Shown here piece after piece: positions 38,201 through 43,177 of a stretch of 64,000 bases of DNA. The notes under the pieces are model-generated. The model had not been told where the DNA came from. It worked only from the letters and a program-made list of their open reading frames with translations, and did no database searches. Position numbers and translations under genes: made by a program. Source of the DNA: an uncultured Candidatus Saccharibacteria bacterium (GTDB lineage Bacteria; Patescibacteriota; Minisyncoccia; Phycocordibacterales; UBA12088); the NCBI GenBank assembly GCA_964635195.1, contig CAZWNC010000002.1:3444-67443 (forward strand). The letters are read 5' to 3'. Position 1 is the first letter of the stretch. The number at the start of each line of letters is the position of its first letter.

Positions 38201-40593
38201 ATATCCCTGCCGTCGAGTGCCGCGTGTGTAAAAAGGTCTGCGAGTGTGCGGTCGACACTCACTTCATACAGCGTCGGTATGTCGCCCTCATTCACATCAC
38301 CATGCGGAATAAGGGTGAGAGGCATGCGATACTTGAAAGCGCTTCGCCACCACACACTGCGCGTCGCATCACCCTCGTCACTGCGCGCCTCGATCAGCAA
38401 TTCCCCTGCTCGCTGAACCGGAAAGGAAAGGTCGATCGCAAAAAACCGAGTTTCATTGGCCATGAGCGCAAACTCCTCATCGGTCGCATACCCGTTTGAG
38501 AGATTGGGAGCAACCACCACCTCAGGTGCACCACCAAACAATCGAGCGAGTATACTCCCTCCTTCTGCGCGTTCCGCTGCAAGAGGAGATATCGCCACCT
38601 CCTGCCACGCACTCTCATAGGCGAGTGCTGCATCGACTGACACGCGCTCGTTACCGACAATACAGTTGGTCTTGTCCGCATTGAAACTGTTACACACCTC
38701 TGTCTCACCCGTCGCCTTGCACGTGTACGTTGTTGAGAGTGAAAGAGCGGCATCGTACGCAGCATCATCAAAAGCGGCGCTATCCTGGGGCGATACCGTG
38801 TTATCTCCAGATTCTTGTGTTCCCGAAGTTGCCCCTTCGTTCGAAACGACGGTATCGCTTGTCACCTCACCTGCATCATTGTTCGGCACATCCACTCCGT
38901 CTTGGGTATCCTGTCCCGCTACTTCCGCATTCGGCATAGCCTCAGACTGAGCATCGTCAACAGGTGGTACGGCATCACCGGTCGGAACGAAGGCCTCGTC
39001 ACGTGCCACTTCGTCACTCTCATCTGTCTCCCCACTTTCAACCGCGGTCTGCGAAACGGTCACATCACTCGCCATGGCGTCTGTAGCAGATGTCTCCTCA
39101 CCATCACCTAGCTTCCACCCGCTTTCACAGAAGTACGCCACTTCACTGTAACTTGGTGTCATGTGTGTTTGCGCGACATCTTCAACCCGCTCCAGGACGC
39201 GCACGACCTCGGCCTGTCGACCGAGGTGTGTGACCAAACTGAAGGATGTGTCTTCATCGGAACTGTTGGTCACGGCAATATATGCACGAGCTGAAGTGAG
39301 GCCGTCATATATGTCGGCATCGCTTCGAAGTACCAACTGTTCCCCGAGCGTCTCTTCGGTTTCCGTAAGTTCAATGCGCTTGTTATCCGCAACGAGCAAG
39401 TCCGGCCGCGCAGAATCTTCCAACACCGCGAGCTCCTCCACGATATTGTCTGCAACAGGAAGGGCTTCGTCTGCGGACGCAACCTCATACAGCGTGTCAA
39501 CCCACACACTATCCAAGAACACTTCGGTACGAACGGTGCTATTGCGCACAAACTCCACCTCCACCTTGAAGTCCTGCAGTGCGTCCCATGCCGCAAGGTC
39601 GGGAAGCGGAAAGGAAAGGTGACCACCGCCGTTCGCATTTGAGAGTTCGCGATCGATATACACCTGCCCCGCGATACGCCACTCACCTCGGTAGTGATAG
39701 CGCACCACGATGGAATCCGGTGTGAACGGCTCCCCGAACGTGCGCGCGGCAAGCGAAAGGCGGAGTGTATACCCTTTAATCGTATGCTCAGAAAGCACGC
39801 TTCCAATATCAAACCGTTCAAAGAGGAGCGTATGGCATTCTTTACCGAGTACCGTACAGCTTCGCATATCCTCTTCGGGACTCCGTGCAAACGAACGTGA
39901 CTCTTCGATGTCCACCGTATCCGCATCGCTCGAATCCGTATCATCACCCTCTTGTGACACTACGGTATCGATCGCTTCAGGCGCACTTTCTGTGACCATT
40001 TCAGTATCAGAGTCCGAAACGCCCTCACCTACTGAAACATCCTGATTAAACATGACGGCAGTACCTTCATCTTCAGCACGTACCGTGCGACCGACAAATC
40101 CCCGAAGCGTGTCAAAAAGATACGCAGACGGTGAGACATCCGGAATCGGAGTCGTGGTGTCCTCTTCGACAGGTGCAACCGCGTCAACAGGCTCTGCGCC
40201 CTCCTCCGACGCGGCCTCATCCTGTACTTCCGCATCACCCCACTCACCCTGTGTCGGTGTGGGAGTATCGACGAGATCCTGTTGTACGCCTGTCGTACGA
40301 TCGCCGGTGTCACCCTCGGTCACTATTACAAATGCACCATTATCGCGCGTGAAGTCATCAAAGGTTGCGCGTTCACCCAGCGCCTGCTCCAGTGCATGAT
40401 TCTCCTTCTCCCATCCTTCACCCACTACTGAAACAGGAAACACATGTATCAAACGCTCCTCGATACCCGCAAACGCGGAAACAACGTACATGGCACAAAG
40501 TGCAAGGAGAAAAAACACACCGCGTGTTTTGTATCGTGTGAATACTTTGCGATGCATGCCCATACCAGAAAAAACGGCGTTCGCCGGCCTCAT
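20242..40593 (-). CDS. Giant 6,783-aa modular cell-surface protein. N-terminal signal-anchor, acidic linker, duplicated FN3-like plus beta-propeller-like supermodules, three ~790-aa beta-helix-like tandem repeats, DUF2341-like and LamG-like jelly-rolls, and a Cys-rich C-terminus
   Basis: A single stop-free frame runs 20,352 nt. A hydrophobic segment GVFFLLALCAMYVVSAFAG sits near the N-terminus. Motifs recur with divergent sequence, including YYWRVRAKD...GEWS three times and LYS[QM]DH..GDL[YF]I[YW]G.Y.R.SG..YWS..TDF[DE]G three times. Near the C-terminus is a DUF2341-like stretch SWNDLRFTDNSG..LPHFIES...ATVWVKIP...IYLYYDND. No catalytic motif was seen. Confidence 0.9.
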   Translation of the reverse strand: MRPANAVFSGMGMHRKVFTRYKTRGVFFLLALCAMYVVSAFAGIEERLIHVFPVSVVGEGWEKENHALEQALGERATFDDFTRDNGAFVIVTEGDTGDRTTGVQQDLVDTPTPTQGEWGDAEVQDEAASEEGAEPVDAVAPVEEDTTTPIPDVSPSAYLFDTLRGFVGRTVRAEDEGTAVMFNQDVSVGEGVSDSDTEMVTESAPEAIDTVVSQEGDDTDSSDADTVDIEESRSFARSPEEDMRSCTVLGKECHTLLFERFDIGSVLSEHTIKGYTLRLSLAARTFGEPFTPDSIVVRYHYRGEWRIAGQVYIDRELSNANGGGHLSFPLPDLAAWDALQDFKVEVEFVRNSTVRTEVFLDSVWVDTLYEVASADEALPVADNIVEELAVLEDSARPDLLVADNKRIELTETEETLGEQLVLRSDADIYDGLTSARAYIAVTNSSDEDTSFSLVTHLGRQAEVVRVLERVEDVAQTHMTPSYSEVAYFCESGWKLGDGEETSATDAMASDVTVSQTAVESGETDESDEVARDEAFVPTGDAVPPVDDAQSEAMPNAEVAGQDTQDGVDVPNNDAGEVTSDTVVSNEGATSGTQESGDNTVSPQDSAAFDDAAYDAALSLSTTYTCKATGETEVCNSFNADKTNCIVGNERVSVDAALAYESAWQEVAISPLAAERAEGGSILARLFGGAPEVVVAPNLSNGYATDEEFALMANETRFFAIDLSFPVQRAGELLIEARSDEGDATRSVWWRSAFKYRMPLTLIPHGDVNEGDIPTLYEVSVDRTLADLFTHAALDGRDIRFFDAGTRTEIPVKEFRYTYVDQEAQYAVELSDGGSRGTTSLYAYFGNEQVDEAARLHAPALTASPIEYLGLAEPEEGAVVSVVSERDENSVTLSDDADVSPLSFGASRDVFIPHAAERLSARGPISLTPALSEYAAGVRTLSFVLPEDMHTTETRLADGRVSTLFERYRLASSTFVFGVLEELPIPAVSVYEPLARPDLFQGIAYMRELRDPRFHAFREALRDFELGDRPEFALQYRAQKGVVNRFFRGLFRERLAQVGEVHLLHGGVRVEDARFEVIYGTEGQWTIRMTEMPRAIQPGLYTLEISVDELGTVFTDSFDFYWGVLAINTPQSIYLPDDSIEFHMAALDDKGDTICNAELHLTVTDPEGNAEEVGVEPQGTCGANNVTDDPDYLAWYRPRTVGTYTLQLTHVNLNGEVVHRVSDAFEVRESVPFTIRRSGATRIWPKASYVMELELTATSDFTGQFVEAVPENFVLVHAGGAETSVWGGAKRLTWTVDLTAGETQTFSYEYDAPDVSPYLYLLGPAEVRSGSGLPFVEARQWKLASDALAVYTEMYQTFSAASDDTWGTVSLAGYGVPANAIVEVAITNSRNNRERYGGVRSTATSTLNRYLLLHESGVTGGLSTVTMHVQASATSSIQVYSDVAAEVTFTILGYWTSGTYVERLVNIDPNLGTTNDATWNNINLSGYGVGDADVVEMALANFAAGTDYDAGVRWYSSAPTLSRLVKIHQSANGGANFITMNVLASTSNATIQGYAQVEGAAAASVDYYLLGYWSTLPDELTYQERLDDFTGPTSATVWQDRALDGYGAYKNNIAEVLLAYSTNTSGSNVLGVHANGSAVGRTLDFAYSDGAGTGFNMGRMHVQADNTASATIEYYAESTTADEYRLLGYWKAFNLSPEMPTMYDVPFNNEKTGSSTPYLDFSATDLDGTSDLVYQVQYDDDADLDTSPLADRTSDNETGCSPNCFTNVTSGGDTSPFTEGNRIRFSVQTALTTGTTYYWRVRAKDTSGSNSFGEWSAVQSFTYVSGTDPKAWYQSEDAQFDDGTLISTETYGENKVRIATTPPVGAMVAYGEGAGTTPRYRTWSGTAWSSEGSAQDVGGRISWTVLESSPTRNEYVLGTQDVNSDVNVQVYNGTAGTWSTATELNPNQTSIDRRGFDIAYQSLSGNAVAVFCYNSGTNYEASYSVWNGTNWSATSTIDLQFNAPCSWIKLAASPSSDEIVMVAQADSANTTSDFEVQVYRDETTKWNITSYTGGANTLGEEMFERMAVEWEESGEEAVVALGNGGGQTPGIVGAVWNSAAETWTAYTSRNTQDDFEWGELVADDGTNNLGLCYIDEDAQVQIAYWNGATNAWDTYVAGTTQVDNDGKGSATYHARPISCQYETTTGRDGYLMIPYSDETNARYRVWTGSSFAATEQSITTIEDSWTAGSVRTGDGKILAVFRDDTNDRFDFSYWNGSGWSSRETLETSMPDDTSPYAEPIALAPQRYQASVGNIVSPIVDFDLVVGQSSWGEALWSATEPSNTSVEVQVLWAAAASSTCTAVVPNGVLPGNEDGFAATSSPLDLSGIATTTDYNRLCLKATLTSNTNESPTLDDWTISWERQPYLTQTHYKWFANTSGITPTDAYPSGAYNLIEDEAIGASHAPSSGEVLRLRLAIEDTNVTLAATTAMWSLQWAEGAQCSASLSWQQVGAIGSSEPWRGYNNAPADGTTLSTTTLSTTDVLLSYEEENNTATNTSAIADGEEAELDFVLQHNATSSTNYCFRLVNADGTTLNDYDRYPQLVTNAPPVAPTLATPFTYEALASSSPWFTFVAEDGKGDVLDYQIEVDDDYTFGSQEIESTSENDNSEFKNIISTNDLAPFNSGETVRFVPTTSLADGTYWWRVRAKDTNGSGEWGEWSLPWSFTASSSITISTWHQTTFEQFEQDDLESTEATSTNDIVLTPPLTEGTSTSPMIDFDWRTTGNAWGTLDWADAENAGDIKYHLEYYTEATGAWALIPDSALPDNVAGHDVTQPISLLSLDPSVYSKIRVRANFRDLGGAKPRLNSWTISWGLAVEQPTLDTLFDNEKVGTTTPSFTFYSTDPQGDNLQYEFQWSSTPDFAASTTRRSGVHAGFVNTASSTDTSQFVEGDTIQFTIQSADALTNGATYWWRVRAIDSDIGGGDAWSVYSPVRSFTVDTSVLVSTWYQTTDEQFDTALLNSTETYGSDEVRITSTIREAMTAYVEGNIQTPRYRIWNGQAWGTEKSAQNVSERIDWVRVDAAPTRNEYLMATEGASGKVVAQVYDGDTASWSDLVTMVPTVSNVAYRGYDITYESLSGRAMVVACSGQDAVYRTWDGTDWSGTSTINLTIAQNCEWIQLAADTDSNEIILMARFNNAGTADYEAQVWNGSGTWSNSTLVGNAGAATDEGMAVMYEDSGTDAVIVFSNGTNNNFASKRWNGSWQATTTTAIGNDHNKASMCRDLGTDRITVVYTDEDTDIGYAEWDGTTNAWGASTELEVDGVNEINNQVSCQYETTAGREGNVLFTYGDGVVTTEQYRVLDRTTPVTIAQNVSTLGEAYSAFTARTGDGNILGLYYDDDADDYFFSYWNGAQWSVAQQLESDGNTQAVRREPLHLVARRYTAYTSGSIVSDPVVFTDGTGPRWGIASSTDTTDDGYILYQIEYSNDAGETWALIPDEALPGNGVGTTSNRIDLTNVSYATYGTIRYVANFVCVSGDCPVLHDWTISWSEGITISGTIKQYDESTPVASGGDVRVAVNGVLQAGKIGTISGGTWSIANVTMFPSDVITVFIDGVGDSQEAAAVTRYDGFGNMTGVELFERHLTIGSQDATTTSNANIALYDYTSSGDEDLFFDVDTGNDLYVATSSAGYYDTKLYVASSSTYRPDSANSGTLYAHDVVIRGTTTADSNTFYVHGSWNNTGIFAAGNGTVVFTATSSLETIDSSGASEYAFNTLTFGQSGTATWTLASLLDVNKNLTVTYGTLSVSASDMIIGGNLSFALGTTFVKGTGTTTFDGATTPVTITDSTASKQDLGAVHVNGSSKSVALQSAVKLTDLTIATANSFDVSALNYPLEVRGYFRNYGSFGARAGTVTFTATSTSNPIYPGASSFWNLTANGVGGNWYFEQPTVTIGNTLTVATGTLTLALGTTTVSGNLTNTGGVLQHNGGTVELAGAGAKTIYQNGSPLQNITVSGTGSWSWTDTNATTSGTVRVGNGTLTLPSGTFAIGKSLINTGGTIAHNSGTLRFTSYIAETIRTNGSNLHTVLFDGAGGTFTLADTNLSASGTVRFVQGTTTLPSGTFTVGGSFLTTGGTWAHGNGAVFFNSSATGHTINPGQNAFNQVTFNNASGGWTVSSNATSTGAWTIANAASFTAGSGVTIEVLGTFTNSAPSATTWDGSALYLNSGTGYTVGTKTQNAEGYGTLRIGANTDIRMWQASSTGAVVEQTGSLYSQDHAAQDGDLYIYGTYERTSGADYWSHATDFDGTGIGGSPRQVDVRFASGAAARFSNATLHVVGGASASTTISNQGSGSYGLSVENGTVTAQYYSMTDMDTHGFSILGSSTVTSLSDGVYTLTAVGASSTMLTVSSTTIDANPMFQIQRVAFSTSTGITEGYNVTASGTASSYWWFRNHNGNYDGEDYDSDPVVGAGSLRWDDSGFTIDVSGTVYAGEGIGGAPATCNGSTQVLRLVVSGGATYDTHCDAGTGTFTFNDVTYSGDVSLVAFVFGTTTKAAVVSRSPQSDITGFDLYEHRVIVRHESVDALTIANMMPYDSDQHADVPFDAESGMLTVSPETSLHVWTGKTFAPGGNVTLQSGGSGAGYDGTLRLASGSTFTAVGSESHSIGGSFIADASATFTAAQSTVTLNATTTGKTVAPSSSFYNLTFSGADGAWTIASSTTVGNAMTVSDGTVSGAVNLNVQNGALSGDGTLAFSAGTVTVGKGGTFGGANDWTFNNLTLGDGTAYTTTKNGNGNVLVTGVLTVAATHVLDAGSVNWTLNGAGAVLSVAGTFTANTSTTTFAGTSAMTVPALAYHHLVLAPSGAGSPTYTLSGGTPSAATLSVGNGTNPVTVNVTASNPLLTVSGMVWIRANATYSAANTNDLLIGGSYVNQGTFTSNGGGVVFNATETGKTITPGLSSFHHLTLNGVGGGWTMLGSATTTGNFLLTSAAAYTQTSGTTLSVQGVFTNTVGGGATTWDGSTLYLQSGTAYPMNTKTAGGDVYGTLRVGANTDVNMWNSTSTVYTVDRTGSLYSQDHDGEDGALYIWGDYVRASGNEYWSYETDFDGTALGGSPRTVQVRLAPNATTTLTGGTWNIVGTSTMSTTSIATQGGGTYALRVTGGTFNAQYYKIRDISATGLEFSGSPTVSQLSDGDLELSIQGGTMLTVAGSVISANPIKRWDRISFATSTGIASGYNASTTGVSTSFWRFTPALGNYYGEMHDGDSAPDPDPGYLIWDDSNSQITISGNVYSNESGSVSSLCTGASVVTLVLDGVSPQTTSCAPGTGAYSFTNISMPVSVVTVYLDGVAGKAAHVLVDPVLTLTDMHLYENRVVVRHEDVNPVTIAHMATYDSSDDTDIPFDANDGVSDTLTVSANHKLIVWTGKTFTPGGDVTLNSGGTGTEYDGTLELRDNASYISSPTVAQAITIGGSWLTGTGATFTAGTSTVTFTATTSGKLVSPNSSAFNNLTFNGSGGVWTFTDRDATTTRHFTISAGNVTLGTSTLSVGGSFVNSATMSAASTSIRFSSAQAQTVAFGGYAVGSLTFAGAGAHTMTDTQATSTGSVSITAGSVALPSGTFAIANGFSAQGGTFSHSGTLRMYGTLTTQTLRFGASAARHLAIAGTGSWAFADTHATTTGTTTISSGGLTAPAGTFAVGGSFVNTGTFNSNAGLLYLYATTTGQTITASSSLFSNVVLRGVGGGWTVTGSATTSGMWRLQQGASFTLASSTMLEVGGVFENAFASTTTDWTNSTLYLNASGTAYTVNTRNTGGDTYAYLTLGANTDVRMWDSAAATTTVPSTGSLYSMDHGGTSGDLFIWGEYVRSTGSDYWSYATDFEGGAPIGGSRQVDVRIASSSSLSFTGGTLEIVGTESATTTIAVAGTGTYAFAKSGGTLNAQYYSFRNLNASGLVLTNALTVTSLSYGDFERAESGGYLLQVASTTIDQNPTKVIASVRFGTTTGVSGVANIKRNGTSTNANFWDFRNHMGEIDGEAYDDDGIDACGSIRWDDSTCLEFSQTHFRFRNDDGTDGAPDSEWYDSNWNKRKRVHVTNPNAGALTNTAVRFEVAYEVGDMQTSWNDLRFTDNSGTTSLPHFIESYTAATATVWVKIPSVSANDTGFIYLYYDNDFAANAESGSNTFTFFDDFEDDDLTGYTGNTTQFDAIAESGGEGAYTLHAASGQEENFTTGGLYQTTTTFGPGSTIRFLQYVDENYEDQPCTLFGVGGSGSNYAVCLTQYPSDRLVIAEDVTNRATAALTLASTTVTWTSGWYTVEVDWLSGGTLYASVYDSVGALFATTTASDLSHTSAGGSGFSFWTQHGAWDFYTARPYLANEPTVWVGLEQEKGGASWKAAQDTSVTVDQGQPFRVRFSIENSGPQEWGKEWRLQYADKTGYGTCNAVPSVNFDTVPGTSAACAGSDSPVCMTTTSGYVDQGQTQALLVPTTLLPFTAGRLIEADSNQTASTTLPQGYTTEVEYAVELTADAISNAYCMRVSDGDSELDSYQTLAEVTANYGPQINEWVFNGSTVMDPNPIVLMEGETTSIVATGTVSDLNGGETLLYATSTFYRTDVGPDCAANPNNCYQLNSLECPLTCAPSGTTCEVTCTADIQYFADPTDWGDYSAETWEARLFIMDDTLNEASSTSDGAEVGSMLAMSVVSGDIAYGALEMGASTTAQTNASSTIQNTGNIAVDLELEGTDLTSGASTIPVGNQKFSTSSFTYSACVICGALSGTASTLEVDLPKAMAAETPVTDVLYWGIYIPTTGVSGATHRGQTTFYAVGD
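22510..24180 (-). repeat. Beta-helix-like tandem repeat unit 3 of 3 (C-terminally truncated; approximate bounds)
   Basis: Anchor LYSMDHGGTSGDLFIWG is encoded near 23158. The unit starts VTFTATTSGKLV. Confidence 0.5.
24180..26760 (-). repeat. Beta-helix-like tandem repeat unit 2 of 3 (approximate bounds)
   Basis: Anchor LYSQDHDGEDGALYIWG is encoded near 25470. The unit starts VTLNATTTGKTV. Confidence 0.5.
26760..28940 (-). repeat. Beta-helix-like tandem repeat unit 1 of 3 inside the giant ORF (approximate bounds)
   Basis: Anchor LYSQDHAAQDGDLYIYG is encoded near 27860. Upstream of it are GGT-rich ~44-aa mini-repeats. Confidence 0.5.
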
Positions 40594-40945
40594 CTGTAAC
40601 TACAGTATCGCACATTTTGCGTTCAAATTTCACGTTTTTTTAGGCATCTAGGGGAGTATTCTGTGGATAGCACACGAATGAACTGCTTACATACAGCATA
40701 CTTGTGGCACACACCGCTCACCCCACCCCAGGAGGTCTCAGGGCGTCTAAGGACGTGAGTTTTTATCCGGTGACACGTCCCCCCACAAGAAGCCCGCCAC
40801 ACGTGCAAACAAAGCGCGCGTGGCGTGTCGTACGCGCTTTGCCGACACCAACTGGCAAAAAAGGAAACGAATTTGGAGAACACGCAAGAGCGTACCTGAT
40901 GCGTCCTTACCTGTTGTATACGATGCTACCGGTAGTCACGTGAAG

Positions 40946-40981
40946 AATTACAATACTAATACCTGTATTGGTACTGTAATT
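40946..40981. promoter_or_regulatory. Imperfect palindromic hairpin (AATTACAATACTAATAC-CTG-TATTGGTACTGTAATTT) between the cohesin-gene stop and the giant-gene leader
   Basis: 16-bp stem with one mismatch and one G-T wobble. It shares the AATTACA...TGTAATTT ends with the 3974-4011 palindrome. Confidence 0.5.
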
Positions 40982-40987
40982 TAATAC

Positions 40988-42502
40988 CTATTTCAACAAC
41001 TTGCGCACATCCTCGATCTCTTTGTCGATGAGTTCCTCTGAAATATCGAGTGCGTCTTTGAGTGACTCAAGTATGTTACGCTCGTTATCGGTCATGTTCG
41101 GCTTATGGGAAAGCGCGAGCACCTTTTCTTCGATTTCGTCGCGAAGTACACCGAAAATGTTGATGAGTTTGTCGCCCGCTTCTGCCGCTTCACGCTTGAT
41201 GCGATCCTTCTCTTCGGTATGTCGCCGTCTATCTTGAATGAGAATCGTCACAACGACCGCGAGACACGCCATGAACAGAAGTGATACCCAATATATGGCG
41301 CTAAACCCACTTGTCTTTACCTCGGTGGTCTCCACCTGCTTACTCACACCCGTCACCTCAACCTCCACTGAAGCATCACGTGTGTTACCAGCACGATCGC
41401 GCGCAATGACCTGTATGATATGTTTACCCGGCTCGAGGTTCGCCACAGTAAACGCCCCTCCGACAAGCTCAGAGGGCTGTACATCCCGGGGACGCCCGCC
41501 GTCGATAACAAGCTGGTACAGGTCAAGGCCGGAAAGTGTGTCGACCGCCTCAAACCTCGCTTGCGCGGTATTGTCACCTCCGACACCTGTGACAGTAAAT
41601 TCTTCGGGGGGTGTGGTGTCAATACGAATTGCGTAGTGTGTTGAGGAGCTCCAACCGCCACGATTCTTGTAAGAGATATGAAAATACCACACGCCATCAG
41701 TAATTCCGCTCTTTTTCCATGACGCTATTGGCGGTTCGTGCGCTTCTGCCGGTTCGCTTTCTGGCACATCATCAAAGCCGGCCTTCATTCCGGTCACACC
41801 GTAGGGAATATCCCATGCAAGCACCGCCTCCGTGAGGTTATACCAGACAGCCTGGTCGGGGTGCGAGGTACTCTTCACCACCGGTGCGTCCGGCGCGGGA
41901 ATATTGACCTGTCGTTCCTTGGGTGCGGCCTTGGGTGGCGTCACAGGGGCTGGTGCGGCAGGTGCGGCAGGAGTAATAGTGAACGATCCCCCTGCAGGAG
42001 TACCGGTCAGTTTGTTCGCTCCCCCAACAAGGAGCTGCGGGGCTTTAAAAGAAATCTGTGCAGTCCCCTCTTTTTTCGCACGAAATGTGATTGTAAAGAT
42101 AGTGGCACGCCCGCTTGCGGAACCCGTCGTACCGCACCCAAACTCAATCGTTCCTGCTGTATTGTTGGGTGTGGGTTCCGGAGTACACAAGCTAAACGCG
42201 GCATCTTTTGTTGCCGAAACAACAGTGAGCAGTGCCGGATCGAACGTCACACTTCCGCCGGTCGTGAGTCCCCGTAGCGACTCTCCGGCTGTATCGGCGG
42301 CCACTTTTACCTGAAACGACTGTCCAACCGAGTATGAACCGCTTGCGGGCGTAAGCTCATACGTCGCGGCATGTGTTTGAACAAACGACACCAAACATGC
42401 GGCTAACAAAAACGATACCCGCAGTAGTAGGGTCAGAATCGCTGAATACGGCCGTGTACCTGTCGCATTCGTAGTGTAGTGTGGTGTGCATTGCTCGCTC
42501 AT
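40988..42502 (-). CDS. Membrane-anchored cohesin-domain protein (signal/TM, cohesin-like domain, Pro-rich linker, beta-sandwich domain, C-terminal TM, cytoplasmic coiled coil); start moved to MSEQCT
   Basis: A cohesin-like stretch GSVTFDPALLTVVSATKDAAF...AGTIEFGCGTT...RATIFTITFRAKKEGTAQISF. Linker PAAPAAPAPVTPPKAAP. C-terminal TM FSAIYWVSLLFMACLAVVVTIL followed by a KE-rich coiled coil. The ORF-track N-terminal extension would overlap hsp20. Confidence 0.7.
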   Translation of the reverse strand: MSEQCTPHYTTNATGTRPYSAILTLLLRVSFLLAACLVSFVQTHAATYELTPASGSYSVGQSFQVKVAADTAGESLRGLTTGGSVTFDPALLTVVSATKDAAFSLCTPEPTPNNTAGTIEFGCGTTGSASGRATIFTITFRAKKEGTAQISFKAPQLLVGGANKLTGTPAGGSFTITPAAPAAPAPVTPPKAAPKERQVNIPAPDAPVVKSTSHPDQAVWYNLTEAVLAWDIPYGVTGMKAGFDDVPESEPAEAHEPPIASWKKSGITDGVWYFHISYKNRGGWSSSTHYAIRIDTTPPEEFTVTGVGGDNTAQARFEAVDTLSGLDLYQLVIDGGRPRDVQPSELVGGAFTVANLEPGKHIIQVIARDRAGNTRDASVEVEVTGVSKQVETTEVKTSGFSAIYWVSLLFMACLAVVVTILIQDRRRHTEEKDRIKREAAEAGDKLINIFGVLRDEIEEKVLALSHKPNMTDNERNILESLKDALDISEELIDKEIEDVRKLLK

Positions 42503-42519
42503 AGCAAGGAGCGAGTGAT

Positions 42520-43014
42520 TTACTCGCGTGAGTGTTGCTCGTCGACCCGCACCACGTTGAGGCGCAGACCCTTTGATGCCCGGCCGACAAGCGGTAAGCG
42601 CAGTGCGAGTACCCCGTCTTTTGTTTTTGCTTCGGCACGCTCCGGATCGATCTGGTCGGGAAGAATAATCTGACGATAAAAGTCGCCCCAATGACACTCC
42701 TCGAGAGTGTAGTCGCCATTTTGTGTGCTGTGGACTTCGTGCATCAGACTCTCTGGACGCGCTGCTGAGCCTTGAATGTTCACGACGTCGTTCTCACCCG
42801 AAATAGAAACATCGAGCGTACGCATATCCATGCCGGCAAGCTGCGCATAGATAATGATTTCATCGTCGGACTGAAACACGTCAACGGGAAGCTGGAGTGC
42901 GTGTTCGGGCACGACTTCTTGCGAACCACCGTGCTGCGTCGACGCACCTTCAGTCGGTCTGCCGCTTTGATCGACCAGACCTTTGCCTTTGAGTTTATCC
43001 ATGAATGTACCCAT
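42520..43014 (-). CDS. Hsp20/alpha-crystallin family small heat-shock protein
   Basis: 164 aa with an ACD core VDVFQSDDEIIIYAQLAGMDMRTLDVSISGENDVVNIQGS...GDFYRQIILPDQIDPERAEAKTKDGVLALRLP. Confidence 0.9.
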   Translation of the reverse strand: MGTFMDKLKGKGLVDQSGRPTEGASTQHGGSQEVVPEHALQLPVDVFQSDDEIIIYAQLAGMDMRTLDVSISGENDVVNIQGSAARPESLMHEVHSTQNGDYTLEECHWGDFYRQIILPDQIDPERAEAKTKDGVLALRLPLVGRASKGLRLNVVRVDEQHSRE

Positions 43015-43177
43015 AAGAAATAATGAACTTAGACACTAATGAACATGCGTGACGGTCTGACGCCCGGGAGACGTGAGATCGTTGATGTGATAAGTATAGC
43101 ACGACACCTGCATGCGGCAGCTGGAAAACAACCGGACTACGTGTGGATAAACCTTAAAACCTACATGAGAAACATAC

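Noticed and set aside
21042-40400. Dozens of 60-250-aa ORFs on both strands inside the giant gene (e.g. 21559-22293, 35292-35837, 37364-38029)
   Set aside because: All are embedded in or antisense to the uninterrupted 6,783-codon frame and are rich in Arg/Pro/Ser, as expected for off-frame translation of GC-rich coding DNA.
20242-40593. Giant ORF as an assembly artefact (collapsed or chimeric repeats)
   Set aside because: The internal repeats are too diverged (about 40-50% aa identity) to mis-assemble. The reading frame and domain grammar stay coherent throughout. This still deserves read-level verification.
42503-42697. N-terminal 65-aa extension of the 40988 ORF as listed in the ORF track
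   Set aside because: It would overlap the Hsp20 gene (42520-43014) on the same strand and is Arg-rich and non-hydrophobic. An internal Met (MSEQCT) just downstream of the hsp20 stop precedes the signal or TM segment.
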